Origin: Minisyncoccota bacterium
Lineage (GTDB): Bacteria; Patescibacteriota; Minisyncoccia; Phycocordibacterales; UBA9973
NCBI GenBank assembly: GCA_041661005.1
Contig: JBAZVG010000001.1
Coordinates: 114,116-178,115 of the forward strand
Reading direction: 5' to 3'
DNA length: 64,000 nt
In this document: in pieces, positions 17,895-26,181 of the stretch
How positions within the stretch are numbered: position 1 is the stretch's first letter
Layout of the letters: each line of letters opens with the position of its first letter
Made by a program: the position numbers and the translations under genes
Notes under the pieces: model-generated
The model's database searches: none
Told to the model about the DNA's origin: nothing
What the model saw: only the letters and a program-made list of their open reading frames with translations

Positions 17895-19976
17895 ATGCAA
17901 ACAATAAATAAAAACTTAATAACACAGGAAGAATTCATAATGCTCTTCCCCAACACTCGATTCCGCTATATACACGACGTGAATGGATCAACCATACAAG
18001 GCAACAACATTCTTGATATGTCTTGGAATGAAAAAGGATATGGCATCTTTTTTACAGTCAATGGATTTCCATCTACCGGCAAAGCAGATCAGTCACAATT
18101 ATTATCTTTGAATGGTAATTACGTTGATTTCGACGTTGATGCCAAATTTCCACAGGAAGAAAAAGAAAAGCTTATAAAGGAAGCAATTATGTCTGGCATA
18201 GAAGCAGGGATACCAACTCCAACAATTATAAACCGCACTCAAAAAGGAGCTCACCTAATTTGGCTTTATACTGAAATACTTAAACCCACACTTGAGAATA
18301 TTGCAAAATGGAAGGATGTGCAGAAACGATTAGTCCATTGTTTTAATGGCGATACAGCGGCTACAGACCCCTCTAGGGTGCTTCGTATGCCTTATAGCCT
18401 ACACTTAAAGGATCCTAATAACCCCTTTGAAATAAAAGTGATGTCGTATAAGCCAGAGGCAAGATGTACGCTTGAAGAATTAGAAATGACAGTACCTAGA
18501 TATTCTGAAAATGAAGTTGACAAGGATAAGATATCTGCAATTGAGTTATTGCTAAAAGGTGTACCCATAGGAAAAGGCTTACGACATGGTGCGTTAGCGC
18601 AGATAGCAGGGTTATTTCTTAAAGGAGCAGACACGCCAGAGAAGGTTGAAATTGCAAGAATGAATTATTACGACTGGGATAAAAAAGTTGTAGGTTCACC
18701 AGAGAGATTTGAAGAACGCAAGAAGGAATTAGATAATACCTTTAATGGAATACTTAAACGTGAGGTGTCAGGTGAAGATACGGAAATAAAAACTAAGTTC
18801 GATATTGCAAACAGACCGCGTCTTTGGACTATCGGAGAAATTCTAGAACACGATTTCGGTGAAGAAGAATGGCTTGTAGATTCGTTAATCTCTAAACAAG
18901 GAATGATGGCACTCTCCGGCAATCCAGGAGACTTTAAAACCTGGGTAACAATCCACATCGCACTTTGTGTATCACGCAATCTTCCAGTATTTGGCAAGTT
19001 CCAAGCGACACAAGGAAGTGTTTTGATTATAGACGAAGAAGACCATTTACGACTTCTAAAGAGACGTTTAGAGCTACTCGGAGCAAAAGAAGCGGATAAT
19101 ATTCATTATCTCTCACAGAGTGGTATTAAGATTGATATAGAGGTAGTCCGAGATATGATCTTAGATATCGTTAATGAGAAAAATATAAAACTTGTTATAT
19201 TCGATTCGCTTATTCGAGTCCACGGACAAGAAGAAAACGATGCAGGAGGTATGGCAAAAGTATTTAACAGCTTCCAGAAAATAATTACAGCAGGAGCATC
19301 CATTCTCTTTACTCATCACCACAGAAAACAACAACAAGGGCAAAAAGCAAACACCGGACAAAGTATGCGAGGTTCGTCTGATATTTTAGCGGCAGTAGAT
19401 TGTCATATCACTATCGAGAAAAAAAGTGAAGAAGAAGATCGTCTTATTCTTCGACAAACGAAATTACGTCAAGGTGAATTACTTCCGCCTTTTGAGATAT
19501 CTATTCTTAAAAGTGAATTAGGCCCATCGGGTTTTGAATTTGTTGGTGATTTTGATGAAAAGAAGAAAAAAGCTGAAGAAGCTTCTGATGCAGTAGTGAT
19601 ACTACTTGCGGAAGGGATGAAGAATCGTCCAGAAATTATCGAGCTCCTAAAGGATGATGATTATGGCAGAGATATAGCGGATCGAGGGATAAAAATTGCA
19701 GAAGAAGCAGGTAAAATTGAGAAAGTTCCAAAAGATGAGGTGCCAAAAGGAGACAGAAAAGCATATTACAGACTTCCTTGGTTGTTCTCTATTAGAGATG
19801 TTCCAAACGAGCTTCCTGCTTCCTTACCCCCTATAGAGGGAGAAAAACAGGAAGATGTCCAAAATGAGCCATTCGAAGAGGTCGAGAGGGACAAGGATGG
19901 CATTGAGATTCCCCAAAAATTACCCGGACAACCGCCCGAAGCGCATGAAACCGACTCTGACCAAAGAAGCTTCTAA
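17895..19976 (+). CDS. replicative primase-polymerase (PrimPol-like N-terminus) fused to a RepA/DnaB-like P-loop (AAA_25-type) domain
   Basis: N-terminal DFDVD and GAHLIW (PrimPol-like acidic and His motifs). C-terminal SGNPGDFKT P-loop, VIFDSLIRV Walker B, HHHRKQ. Confidence 0.6.
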   Translation: MQTINKNLITQEEFIMLFPNTRFRYIHDVNGSTIQGNNILDMSWNEKGYGIFFTVNGFPSTGKADQSQLLSLNGNYVDFDVDAKFPQEEKEKLIKEAIMSGIEAGIPTPTIINRTQKGAHLIWLYTEILKPTLENIAKWKDVQKRLVHCFNGDTAATDPSRVLRMPYSLHLKDPNNPFEIKVMSYKPEARCTLEELEMTVPRYSENEVDKDKISAIELLLKGVPIGKGLRHGALAQIAGLFLKGADTPEKVEIARMNYYDWDKKVVGSPERFEERKKELDNTFNGILKREVSGEDTEIKTKFDIANRPRLWTIGEILEHDFGEEEWLVDSLISKQGMMALSGNPGDFKTWVTIHIALCVSRNLPVFGKFQATQGSVLIIDEEDHLRLLKRRLELLGAKEADNIHYLSQSGIKIDIEVVRDMILDIVNEKNIKLVIFDSLIRVHGQEENDAGGMAKVFNSFQKIITAGASILFTHHHRKQQQGQKANTGQSMRGSSDILAAVDCHITIEKKSEEEDRLILRQTKLRQGELLPPFEISILKSELGPSGFEFVGDFDEKKKKAEEASDAVVILLAEGMKNRPEIIELLKDDDYGRDIADRGIKIAEEAGKIEKVPKDEVPKGDRKAYYRLPWLFSIRDVPNELPASLPPIEGEKQEDVQNEPFEEVERDKDGIEIPQKLPGQPPEAHETDSDQRSF

Positions 19977-20133
19977 GGAATTAACAGCAATTCTGCAAAA
20001 ACAGTTCAAAAACAGCTCTATGACCTTCCCAGACGAATTAATTGAAGATCTCGGTTTAACATTACTTAATTTAGCAGTTATATCGCTTAAAAGAAGACTT
20101 AAAATCAACAGGCAAAATGACATTGAAAAATAG
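19945..20133 (+). CDS. small hypothetical protein just upstream of the recombinase (possible regulatory/directionality factor)
   Basis: Overlapping ORF 19855..20133 trimmed to an internal Met. A 12-bp perfect inverted repeat hairpin (20195..20243) follows it. Confidence 0.25.
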   Translation: MKPTLTKEASKELTAILQKQFKNSSMTFPDELIEDLGLTLLNLAVISLKRRLKINRQNDIEK

Positions 20134-20247
20134 AAATAATGGTATAATAGGTATGCCAGATCGAAGTAATAATAAAATTATTATTTATAAAAGTGGGGTA
20201 ACAACTACTTCGGTCTGGCGATTGAGGTTAAAGTTGTTACCCCGCTT

Positions 20248-21978
20248 TTGTTAAAAACTATGAAAAAACAAGATGAAAAAATTAAATATGGTGAATACCT
20301 CAGAAAATCTTCCGAAGACGAAGATAGGCAGATTAATTCTATTGAAGATCAGCAACGCGAACTTGATGCAATAGCGTTAAAAGAAAAACTTAATATTGTA
20401 ATTAAATATCCTGGAGAATCTCAAAGTGCCCATCATCCTGGTAGGTCTATTTTTGCAGATGCAATTAAAGATATTGAACTGGGGAAAATAAATGCTCTTT
20501 TTGTCTGGCACGCTAATAGGCTTTCTAGAAATCCAATTGATACGGGAATGATTATTTATCTTATGGACATAGGAAAACTTAAGGAAGTTAAAACAACAAC
20601 TAGAACTTATTACAATACTTCCAGTGATAAACATTATTTAAGCCAGGAACTTAGTAACTCTAAGAAAGATAGCGATGATAAGAGTGAAGTGGTTAAAAGA
20701 GCATTGGAAGGACGCGCTATTCGTGGCCTTCCAAGTGGAGTCTCGAAAGTTGGTTTTCTAAATGACATGACAGAAGAAAAAGGCAATAGAAAATGGATTG
20801 TGGACAAAATTCGTTTTCCTCTCGTTAAACAACTCCTTGAAAGAATGCTAACTGGAAGATATTCTCCGGCACAAATATATAGATATGCAAAAGATGACTT
20901 AAAACTTACAACCACACCGAGAAAAAGAGAAGGTGGCAAACCTGTAGCTTTTTCATATGTTTATACATTATTGAGAGACCCCATTTTTGCAGGTTTCTTC
21001 TCCCATAATGGTAAAAGATACGAATTAGACAAAAGACTCCCTCGCGCTATAACTGAAGAAGAATATTGGAAAATACAGGCAATGCTTGGATCAAAAGGCA
21101 GACCACAACCCTCAAAACATGAAGGCCTGTATAACCATTTTCTATCTTGTGGAGAATGCAAGGGTCGCATGTCTCCCGATTTTAAATTTCAGTTAATATG
21201 TCCTGTCTGTAAATTGAAATTTTCCTGCATAAATATGGATAAATGCCCAAAATGTAAGACCAAAACGAATACAATGACCGATCCAACCTATTGTTCTTAT
21301 GTGTATTATTACTGCATCAATAATAAAAAACATAGATCAGTATGTCCATCTAGTACAATTGAACAAAAGAGAATTGAAACAGCTGTTTATGACAAATTTA
21401 CTAATGAAATCTGCATCAGTAAGGAACTTTCAGATTGGTGTTTGAAGAATCTTTCTATCATCAAAGACACGGAAATTCAAGATGAGTCAGCTATAAAAAC
21501 ATCACTAGATGAACAAGAAATTCAAGTGAAGAAAAAATTAAATAATCTACTTAGTTACAGAATTAAAAAGCAGGATATTACGTCAGAACAAGAAGAAATT
21601 TTCGAGGCTCAAGAGAAAGAATTACAGCAAGAATGGTCCGATATTAAGCAAAGAAAAAATGTCAAAATTGACTGGTATAGTGAAGCTGCCAAAGAATTTA
21701 ATTTAATGACTGAAATAGAAGATACCCTCAAAAATGGCACTCCTGCAGAGAAAAAAGAACTCTTTTATGAATTGCGTTCGAACCTAACTGTTAGCGAGAA
21801 AAACCTTATTGTTATCAACAGAAAATCAATAAATGCCTTCGCAGAATGTATCCTACGTGCTAAATCTGAAAACAGAGCGTTCGAACCTAGAAATAATTTT
21901 CCTAGCTTTACAAACAAAAGCTCAAAAGAAAAAACAGAGGTTTTCGCCTCTGTAATTCCTACTCTGCTCCGGGGGTAG
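20248..21978 (+). CDS. large serine recombinase (resolvase/invertase catalytic domain plus recombinase and zinc-ribbon domains)
   Basis: N-terminal YLRKSSEDEDRQINSIEDQQRE (catalytic Ser/Arg motif). CGECKGRM...CPVCK...CPKCKTK zinc ribbons. Coiled-coil C-terminus. The stop lies inside the tRNA-Asn 3' end. Confidence 0.85.
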   Translation: MLKTMKKQDEKIKYGEYLRKSSEDEDRQINSIEDQQRELDAIALKEKLNIVIKYPGESQSAHHPGRSIFADAIKDIELGKINALFVWHANRLSRNPIDTGMIIYLMDIGKLKEVKTTTRTYYNTSSDKHYLSQELSNSKKDSDDKSEVVKRALEGRAIRGLPSGVSKVGFLNDMTEEKGNRKWIVDKIRFPLVKQLLERMLTGRYSPAQIYRYAKDDLKLTTTPRKREGGKPVAFSYVYTLLRDPIFAGFFSHNGKRYELDKRLPRAITEEEYWKIQAMLGSKGRPQPSKHEGLYNHFLSCGECKGRMSPDFKFQLICPVCKLKFSCINMDKCPKCKTKTNTMTDPTYCSYVYYYCINNKKHRSVCPSSTIEQKRIETAVYDKFTNEICISKELSDWCLKNLSIIKDTEIQDESAIKTSLDEQEIQVKKKLNNLLSYRIKKQDITSEQEEIFEAQEKELQQEWSDIKQRKNVKIDWYSEAAKEFNLMTEIEDTLKNGTPAEKKELFYELRSNLTVSEKNLIVINRKSINAFAECILRAKSENRAFEPRNNFPSFTNKSSKEKTEVFASVIPTLLRG

Positions 21979-22038
21979 GGATCGAACCTACGACCAATCG
22001 CTTAACAGGCGACCGCTCTACCGCTGAGCTACCCCGGA
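21967..22038 (-). tRNA. tRNA-Asn (anticodon GTT)
   Basis: Hand-folded on the minus strand: TCCGGGG-TA-GCTC-AGCGGTA-GAGC-G-GTCGC-CTGTTAA-GCGAT-TGGTC-GTAGG-TTCGATC-CCTAC-CCCCGGA-G. 7/4/5/5-bp stems. No CCA encoded. Confidence 0.85.
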
Positions 22039-22042
22039 ATGT

Positions 22043-22282
22043 TTATAATGTTTTCAAAAATTCTTTACCCGAACCCGATTTAAGCTTTTTCTCTAACACT
22101 CGGGCATCTTGTCTTGTTCCGGTGGATTGTTTATAAATCAAGCGCCAAGGCTTGAATGCGCGAGTAGATTTCGTATCGCTTGAATTATGTTCCAGTAATC
22201 TTCTTTCTGGATTACTACTTAATCCTACATAAATTCGTCCATCTTTTTCGCTTTTTATTGCATACACAAAATAGATTGCCAT
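22043..22282 (-). CDS. GIY-YIG nuclease family protein (79 aa)
   Basis: MAIYFVYAIKSEKDGRIYVGLSSNPERRLLEHN is the GIY-YIG signature (YhbQ/Slx1-like). The gene ends 5 nt from the tRNA 5' end. Confidence 0.8.
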   Translation of the reverse strand: MAIYFVYAIKSEKDGRIYVGLSSNPERRLLEHNSSDTKSTRAFKPWRLIYKQSTGTRQDARVLEKKLKSGSGKEFLKTL

Positions 22283-22299
22283 GGAATTATTATACTATA

Positions 22300-22393
22300 G
22301 CGACCGCTCCCTGCCTGCCGGCAGGCAGGTACCGCTGAGCTACCCCCGCCTCGCGTCGGCGAGCCTTGCGAGTCGAGGCGGGCCGGAATGTTT
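22300..22393 (-). repeat. duplicated tRNA-Asn 5' half (positions 1 to about 31 plus 5' flank) interrupted by two GC-rich palindromes
   Basis: gcgaccgctc/taccgctgagctacccc/ggaatgttt matches 22009..22045. Inserts are CCTGCCTGCCGGCAGGCAGG (22310..22329) and CGCCTCG...CGAGGCG (22347..22383). Confidence 0.7.
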
Positions 22394-22501
22394 CGAATTT
22401 TTTAAAGAACTTTTATCATATTAACAGAATTCGGCTAAAAAACAATGTTTTCTAAATTATTTTTTGCTTTTATTGGCAATAAGGTTTAGAATATAAATTA
22501 T

Positions 22502-22705
22502 ATGGTCTTCAATATAGCCAAGCATTTATCTTCAAAACATTGTAGTACCTGTCATGGCGAGGGGGATGGGTTCAAATGTCCAAAGTGTGGATATGTGACA
22601 GCCCAACATGACCCTCTGCATTTCAATCAATGCCGAGAAAAATCAATGGTGCAAGTAAAATGCAAGAAATGCGAAGAAGCAGAGAGTAATTGCAAATGTA
22701 GCTAA
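22502..22705 (+). CDS. small Cys/His-rich protein (67 aa)
   Basis: CSTCHG...CPKCG...CKKCEEAESNCKC. Probably zinc-binding. No family assigned. Confidence 0.4.
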   Translation: MVFNIAKHLSSKHCSTCHGEGDGFKCPKCGYVTAQHDPLHFNQCREKSMVQVKCKKCEEAESNCKCS

Positions 22706-22713
22706 TATAAAAA

Positions 22714-23241
22714 ATGGAAAAATTAAAATTTATTTTATTTTCGATTGTTACCTTGTCCTTAGTGGGGCTCGTTGGATATTGGGCTGTCACCACCTTACAA
22801 TCAGGCGCTGAATACAAGACGGGTCAAAAGATAGAACAGCTAGAAAGGGAAAATGAAAATTTGAAAGATGAAGTGGAGAAACAAAAGAATAAGATCAGCC
22901 TCCTAGAATCTAAGCTAAAAGTGCCTGAGCCGATTACAGAAAAAGATCCGGAGCCGGTCAAGACAATTGTGTATAAATATCAGAACCTGATAAATGAATT
23001 GCAGAAAATGGCGGATGGCAATGTGTTTTTGAAACAAAAGTCCCTCGGTGGAAATGTGGGCACAGTGCAAAAATTCTTGAATATTTACAACAATACTTCA
23101 TCCAGAGTGGACAATGATTATGGCGCAGGCACGGCAAAATTAGTGGCAGATTTTCAGAAAGCTTCTGGGGTAAATGCTGATGGTGAAGCCGGCAAAAACA
23201 CTTTCCTCAAGATGATCGATTGGCTAAAAAAGCAGAAGTGA
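22714..23241 (+). CDS. membrane-anchored coiled-coil protein with a C-terminal peptidoglycan-binding (PG_binding_1-like) domain
   Basis: N-terminal TM helix, heptad region, GTVQKFLN...DNDYGAGTAKLVADFQKASGVNADGEAGKNTF. Confidence 0.6.
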   Translation: MEKLKFILFSIVTLSLVGLVGYWAVTTLQSGAEYKTGQKIEQLERENENLKDEVEKQKNKISLLESKLKVPEPITEKDPEPVKTIVYKYQNLINELQKMADGNVFLKQKSLGGNVGTVQKFLNIYNNTSSRVDNDYGAGTAKLVADFQKASGVNADGEAGKNTFLKMIDWLKKQK

Positions 23242-23300
23242 TGTAGTATCTATTTTGAAACGGTAAACGGTAAACAATAAACAAGGAAAGGAAGGGCATC

Positions 23301-23672
23301 ATGCTCGTTCTCTCGCGTAAACTCAACCAAAGCATTGTCATCGATGGTCAGATCTTCGTGAAGATTCTCGATATCGATCGCTATGTCGTCAAACTAGGTA
23401 TCCATGCGCCCGCGCAAACATCGGCGCCCCGGGAGGAGTTTCTCGAACTCAACGAAAGCACCCTCATTGATGGTCAGATAGTGGTGAAGATTGTCTGCAT
23501 CGATCGCAGAACCGTCAAGCTGGGCGTCCAGGCGCCCGCGGAGGTCCCAGTTGATCGTGAGGAAGTTCATGAAAGGAAAATCAGGGAAAGGACGGGTCAA
23601 GAGGCAATCAACAGGAATAAGCCAGCAAGAGATGGGCTGGTTAAGTGTCCTTTTACAGGGGCACTGGGATGA
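23301..23672 (+). CDS. csrA: tandem-duplicated (single-chain) carbon storage regulator CsrA
   Basis: Repeat 1 MLVLSRKLNQSIVIDGQIFVKILDIDRYVVKLGIHAP...PREEF. Repeat 2 LNESTLIDGQIVVKIVCIDRRTVKLGVQAPAEVPVDREEV. Both match the CsrA consensus MLILTRR..E.I.IGD.I.V.VL...G..VRLGI.AP.EV.V.REE. Local GC is far above surrounding DNA. Confidence 0.75.
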   Translation: MLVLSRKLNQSIVIDGQIFVKILDIDRYVVKLGIHAPAQTSAPREEFLELNESTLIDGQIVVKIVCIDRRTVKLGVQAPAEVPVDREEVHERKIRERTGQEAINRNKPARDGLVKCPFTGALG

Positions 23673-23681
23673 GGGTTTGTG

Positions 23682-23722
23682 GGGCGGTTCGTTCACTGGA
23701 CGATCCGCCCTCATTTTATTTT
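23682..23722. terminator. terminator hairpin after csrA
   Basis: GGGCGGTTCG-ttcactgga-CGATCCGCCC followed by TCATTTTATTTTT. Confidence 0.5.
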
Positions 23723-24780
23723 TAAAAAATTCTGTAAAAAAAAGAAAAAATATTAATCAGTGGTGACAGAATATAATCAAACCACTTTGGCTTGTAAGTC
23801 TTGTAATCAAATAAAATAGAATCTTTTTTCCATCCAGACGCGATAGCTGAAAGCTTGGAAACCTCTTTCAAATCTTTAAAAAATATACCAACTTCCGAAT
23901 TAAAATCAAAAGATAAAAAATCCAGATTCTGCGACCCGACCATGGCTTCTTTTCCGTCTATAATTACGGCTTTTGCGTGGTTCATCTTTTTTTCCAGATA
24001 AAATTTGATGCCTAGTTTTGAGAGCTTGTAGATATAAAAATAATTCACGCGGTCAGAAATAAAATGGTCAGTGTGTTTTGGCGCTAATACTTCTACATTT
24101 ACCCCTTTCAACACTGCCTGATGGAGAGCCGCTCGTAGCCAGCGTTTAGGTATGAAATACGGGGTAATCAGGACGATATGGTTTTCCGCTTCGTTTAGAT
24201 ATTTTTTGTAAATTCTCTTAAAGTGGAATTTTTTTCTAACAGGGGAGTGTTCCACTATCCAAGTGTTCATGTTTGTTTTTATATTTTTTATATTTTTTAA
24301 TTGCAATGAGGGATCTCTGCCTCCAGCGTTTAGGTAAGATTTTTTAAAAGATTCAACAACTTTTCCCACCAATCTGCCTTTTATCCTGACCATCAAATCA
24401 TTCCAAAATCTGGAAGTCTGGTAGAAATTCACTCCTCCGATAAATGCGACGCAATCGTCCACCACCAAGACCTTCCTATGCATGCGATGAAGCAAGTAGG
24501 ATAGGGAAAGCACCTCTACTCCGGATTCTTCTAGTTCGAGAATCTCACTGGTTTTTAAATCAGCGCTTCCAAAAGAATCTATTATCAATTTGACTTGCAA
24601 GCCGAGCCTCGCTTTTTTCTTCAGCAGATGAAAGAAATTAAATTCCCCCATATCTTTCTGAAAGATATACATTTCCAGATAAATGGATTTTTTGGCGTTT
24701 GATATTGCCTCAAACATCACTTTCCACGCCTTTTCCGAATTTGTGAAAAACTTGTAATTCATAGCCTGTATTATACACAA
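23722..24780 (-). CDS. phospholipase D / cardiolipin synthase family protein
   Basis: Two HKD motifs (HRKVLVVDD and HAKAVIIDG...GSQNLD). Confidence 0.8.
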   Translation of the reverse strand: MCIIQAMNYKFFTNSEKAWKVMFEAISNAKKSIYLEMYIFQKDMGEFNFFHLLKKKARLGLQVKLIIDSFGSADLKTSEILELEESGVEVLSLSYLLHRMHRKVLVVDDCVAFIGGVNFYQTSRFWNDLMVRIKGRLVGKVVESFKKSYLNAGGRDPSLQLKNIKNIKTNMNTWIVEHSPVRKKFHFKRIYKKYLNEAENHIVLITPYFIPKRWLRAALHQAVLKGVNVEVLAPKHTDHFISDRVNYFYIYKLSKLGIKFYLEKKMNHAKAVIIDGKEAMVGSQNLDFLSFDFNSEVGIFFKDLKEVSKLSAIASGWKKDSILFDYKTYKPKWFDYILSPLINIFSFFYRIF

Positions 24781-24835
24781 GTTAATAGATATGCTATAAT
24801 GGAAAAATTATACAAATAATAAACACACAACATAT

Positions 24836-24961
24836 ATGGCAAAAAGAGGCACGACACTTAGTCCTAAAAATAGATCCAGACATTCTCATAAGACCAAGAA
24901 GCGATTGGCGATCAAGAAGCTGATGCTCGACAAGAAATCTTCAAGAAAGAAGACTCGATAA
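24836..24961 (+). CDS. very small basic protein (41 aa), not in the ORF track
   Basis: MAKRGTTLSPKNRSRHSHKTKKRLAIKKLMLDKKSSRKKTR, preceded by extended -10 TGCTATAAT (24791..24799). No SD. Identity uncertain. Confidence 0.3.
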   Translation: MAKRGTTLSPKNRSRHSHKTKKRLAIKKLMLDKKSSRKKTR

Positions 24962-25000
24962 ACCGCTATTGATTTTCAAAAATTGTGATATAATAGAGGT

Positions 25001-25675
25001 ATGGAAAGTATAAAAAATTATAGTTTGTGGATTTTAGGTTTCGCTCTATTCATTTTTTCTCTTATCTTTTTTCTATCTGCGCGGGATTTTTCGAAACAGG
25101 GATCTTTTGTAGAGGTTAAGGGACTGTCAGAAAAGATAGTCAAGGCAGATGTCGCTATTTGGTCTATGAATTTTGAAGTTAAATCCAATAATATTGATTT
25201 GCTTTATTCTGAGATAGAAAGAAATACTTCCGCAATTAAATTGTTTCTAAAAGAGAAAGGATTTGAAGAATCAGAAATAAATGTTGCTCCGGTTAATATT
25301 TATCAAGATACATACAAAGATGCGCTATTCAGATACAATTCAAATACTCAGTTGTCCGTCTATACCAAAAAAGTTGATCTAGTTCGATCTGCATCCAGAG
25401 ATACTTTGCTATTGGTCAAAAAGGGAGTTACCCTAAATCAAAATTCTATTGATTTCAAATTTTCGGATATAAATAGTGTTAAGCCAGAAATGTTGGCTGA
25501 GGCTATTAAAAATGCAAAACAATCAGCGCTTCAGTTTGCGCAAGAGTCCGGTTCCAGTCTAGGATCTGTGTCTCGAGGCAATCAAGGAGTCTTTGACATT
25601 ACCGACAAAGATCCCGGTTCTCCTGAATATAAGAAAATACGCGTAGTTTCCAGTTTGAGATTTTTATTGAAGTAG
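25001..25675 (+). CDS. SIMPL/DUF541-family periplasmic protein (membrane-anchored)
   Basis: N-terminal TM helix. C-terminal LAEAIKNAKQSALQFAQESGSSLGSV resembles the SIMPL domain. Confidence 0.5.
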   Translation: MESIKNYSLWILGFALFIFSLIFFLSARDFSKQGSFVEVKGLSEKIVKADVAIWSMNFEVKSNNIDLLYSEIERNTSAIKLFLKEKGFEESEINVAPVNIYQDTYKDALFRYNSNTQLSVYTKKVDLVRSASRDTLLLVKKGVTLNQNSIDFKFSDINSVKPEMLAEAIKNAKQSALQFAQESGSSLGSVSRGNQGVFDITDKDPGSPEYKKIRVVSSLRFLLK

Positions 25676-25699
25676 CGAGGGTATTGTTTGGCAACTGAC

Positions 25700-26179
25700 A
25701 TGCAGAAGAAATCTACATTAATAAAAAATAAAAAAGGAAAAAAGAAGATAGTGATGGTCTCTGGAGGATTTGATCCTGTTCACATCGGCCATGTGCGCAT
25801 GTTTGAAGAAGCGAAAAAGCTTGGCGATGAGTTGGTGGTCGTCTTAAACAATGATAATTGGCTGAAATTAAAGAAGGGATATGCTTTTATGCCCGAACAC
25901 GAACGTAAAGAAATCATTGAGGCGTTTGAAGCAGTTGATCGGGTTATTTTAAGTGGTCATGAGGAAAACACAAAAGATATAAGTATTAGCAAAGAAATAC
26001 GAGCTCTTCGTCCACATATTTTTGCCAAAGGAGGTGATCGGCATGTTGGGAACATACCGTCTCCTGAAGTGTTGGTTTGCAATGAGATAGGTTGTGAAAT
26101 AGTGAATGATATTGGTTTTGGTGGTAAGGTTCAAAGTTCGTCGGACTTGGTAAAGAAAGCGCAGAAGAATAAAAAATAA
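25700..26179 (+). CDS. cytidylyltransferase-fold nucleotidyltransferase (RfaE domain II / glycerol-3-P cytidylyltransferase-like)
   Basis: VMVSGGFDPVHIGHVRMFEEAKKLGDELVVVLNND (HxGH motif) ... RPHIFAKGGD. The listed ORF begins at 25688 (TTG); the ATG is at 25700. Confidence 0.7.
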   Translation: MQKKSTLIKNKKGKKKIVMVSGGFDPVHIGHVRMFEEAKKLGDELVVVLNNDNWLKLKKGYAFMPEHERKEIIEAFEAVDRVILSGHEENTKDISISKEIRALRPHIFAKGGDRHVGNIPSPEVLVCNEIGCEIVNDIGFGGKVQSSSDLVKKAQKNKK

Positions 26180-26181
26180 AA

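Larger units (their letters stand above)
12541..21978 (+). mobile_element. putative integrated element at tRNA-Asn (the left boundary is tentative)
   Basis: All genes switch to the plus strand here. A serine recombinase gene overlaps the tRNA 3' end by 12 nt. Cargo is replication genes plus a PHP-ABC ATPase pair. The left end is marked only by the palindrome ATATACCC-TCGGG-GGGTATAT (12541..12561), which shares a TC(C/G)GGGGGTA core with the tRNA junction. Confidence 0.4.

Noticed and set aside
23394-23766. Overlapping ORFs 23394..23714 (-) and 23491..23766 (+) across the csrA region
   Set aside because: They arise from locally high GC (few stop codons). They overlap a gene with a clear CsrA signature and have no motifs of their own.
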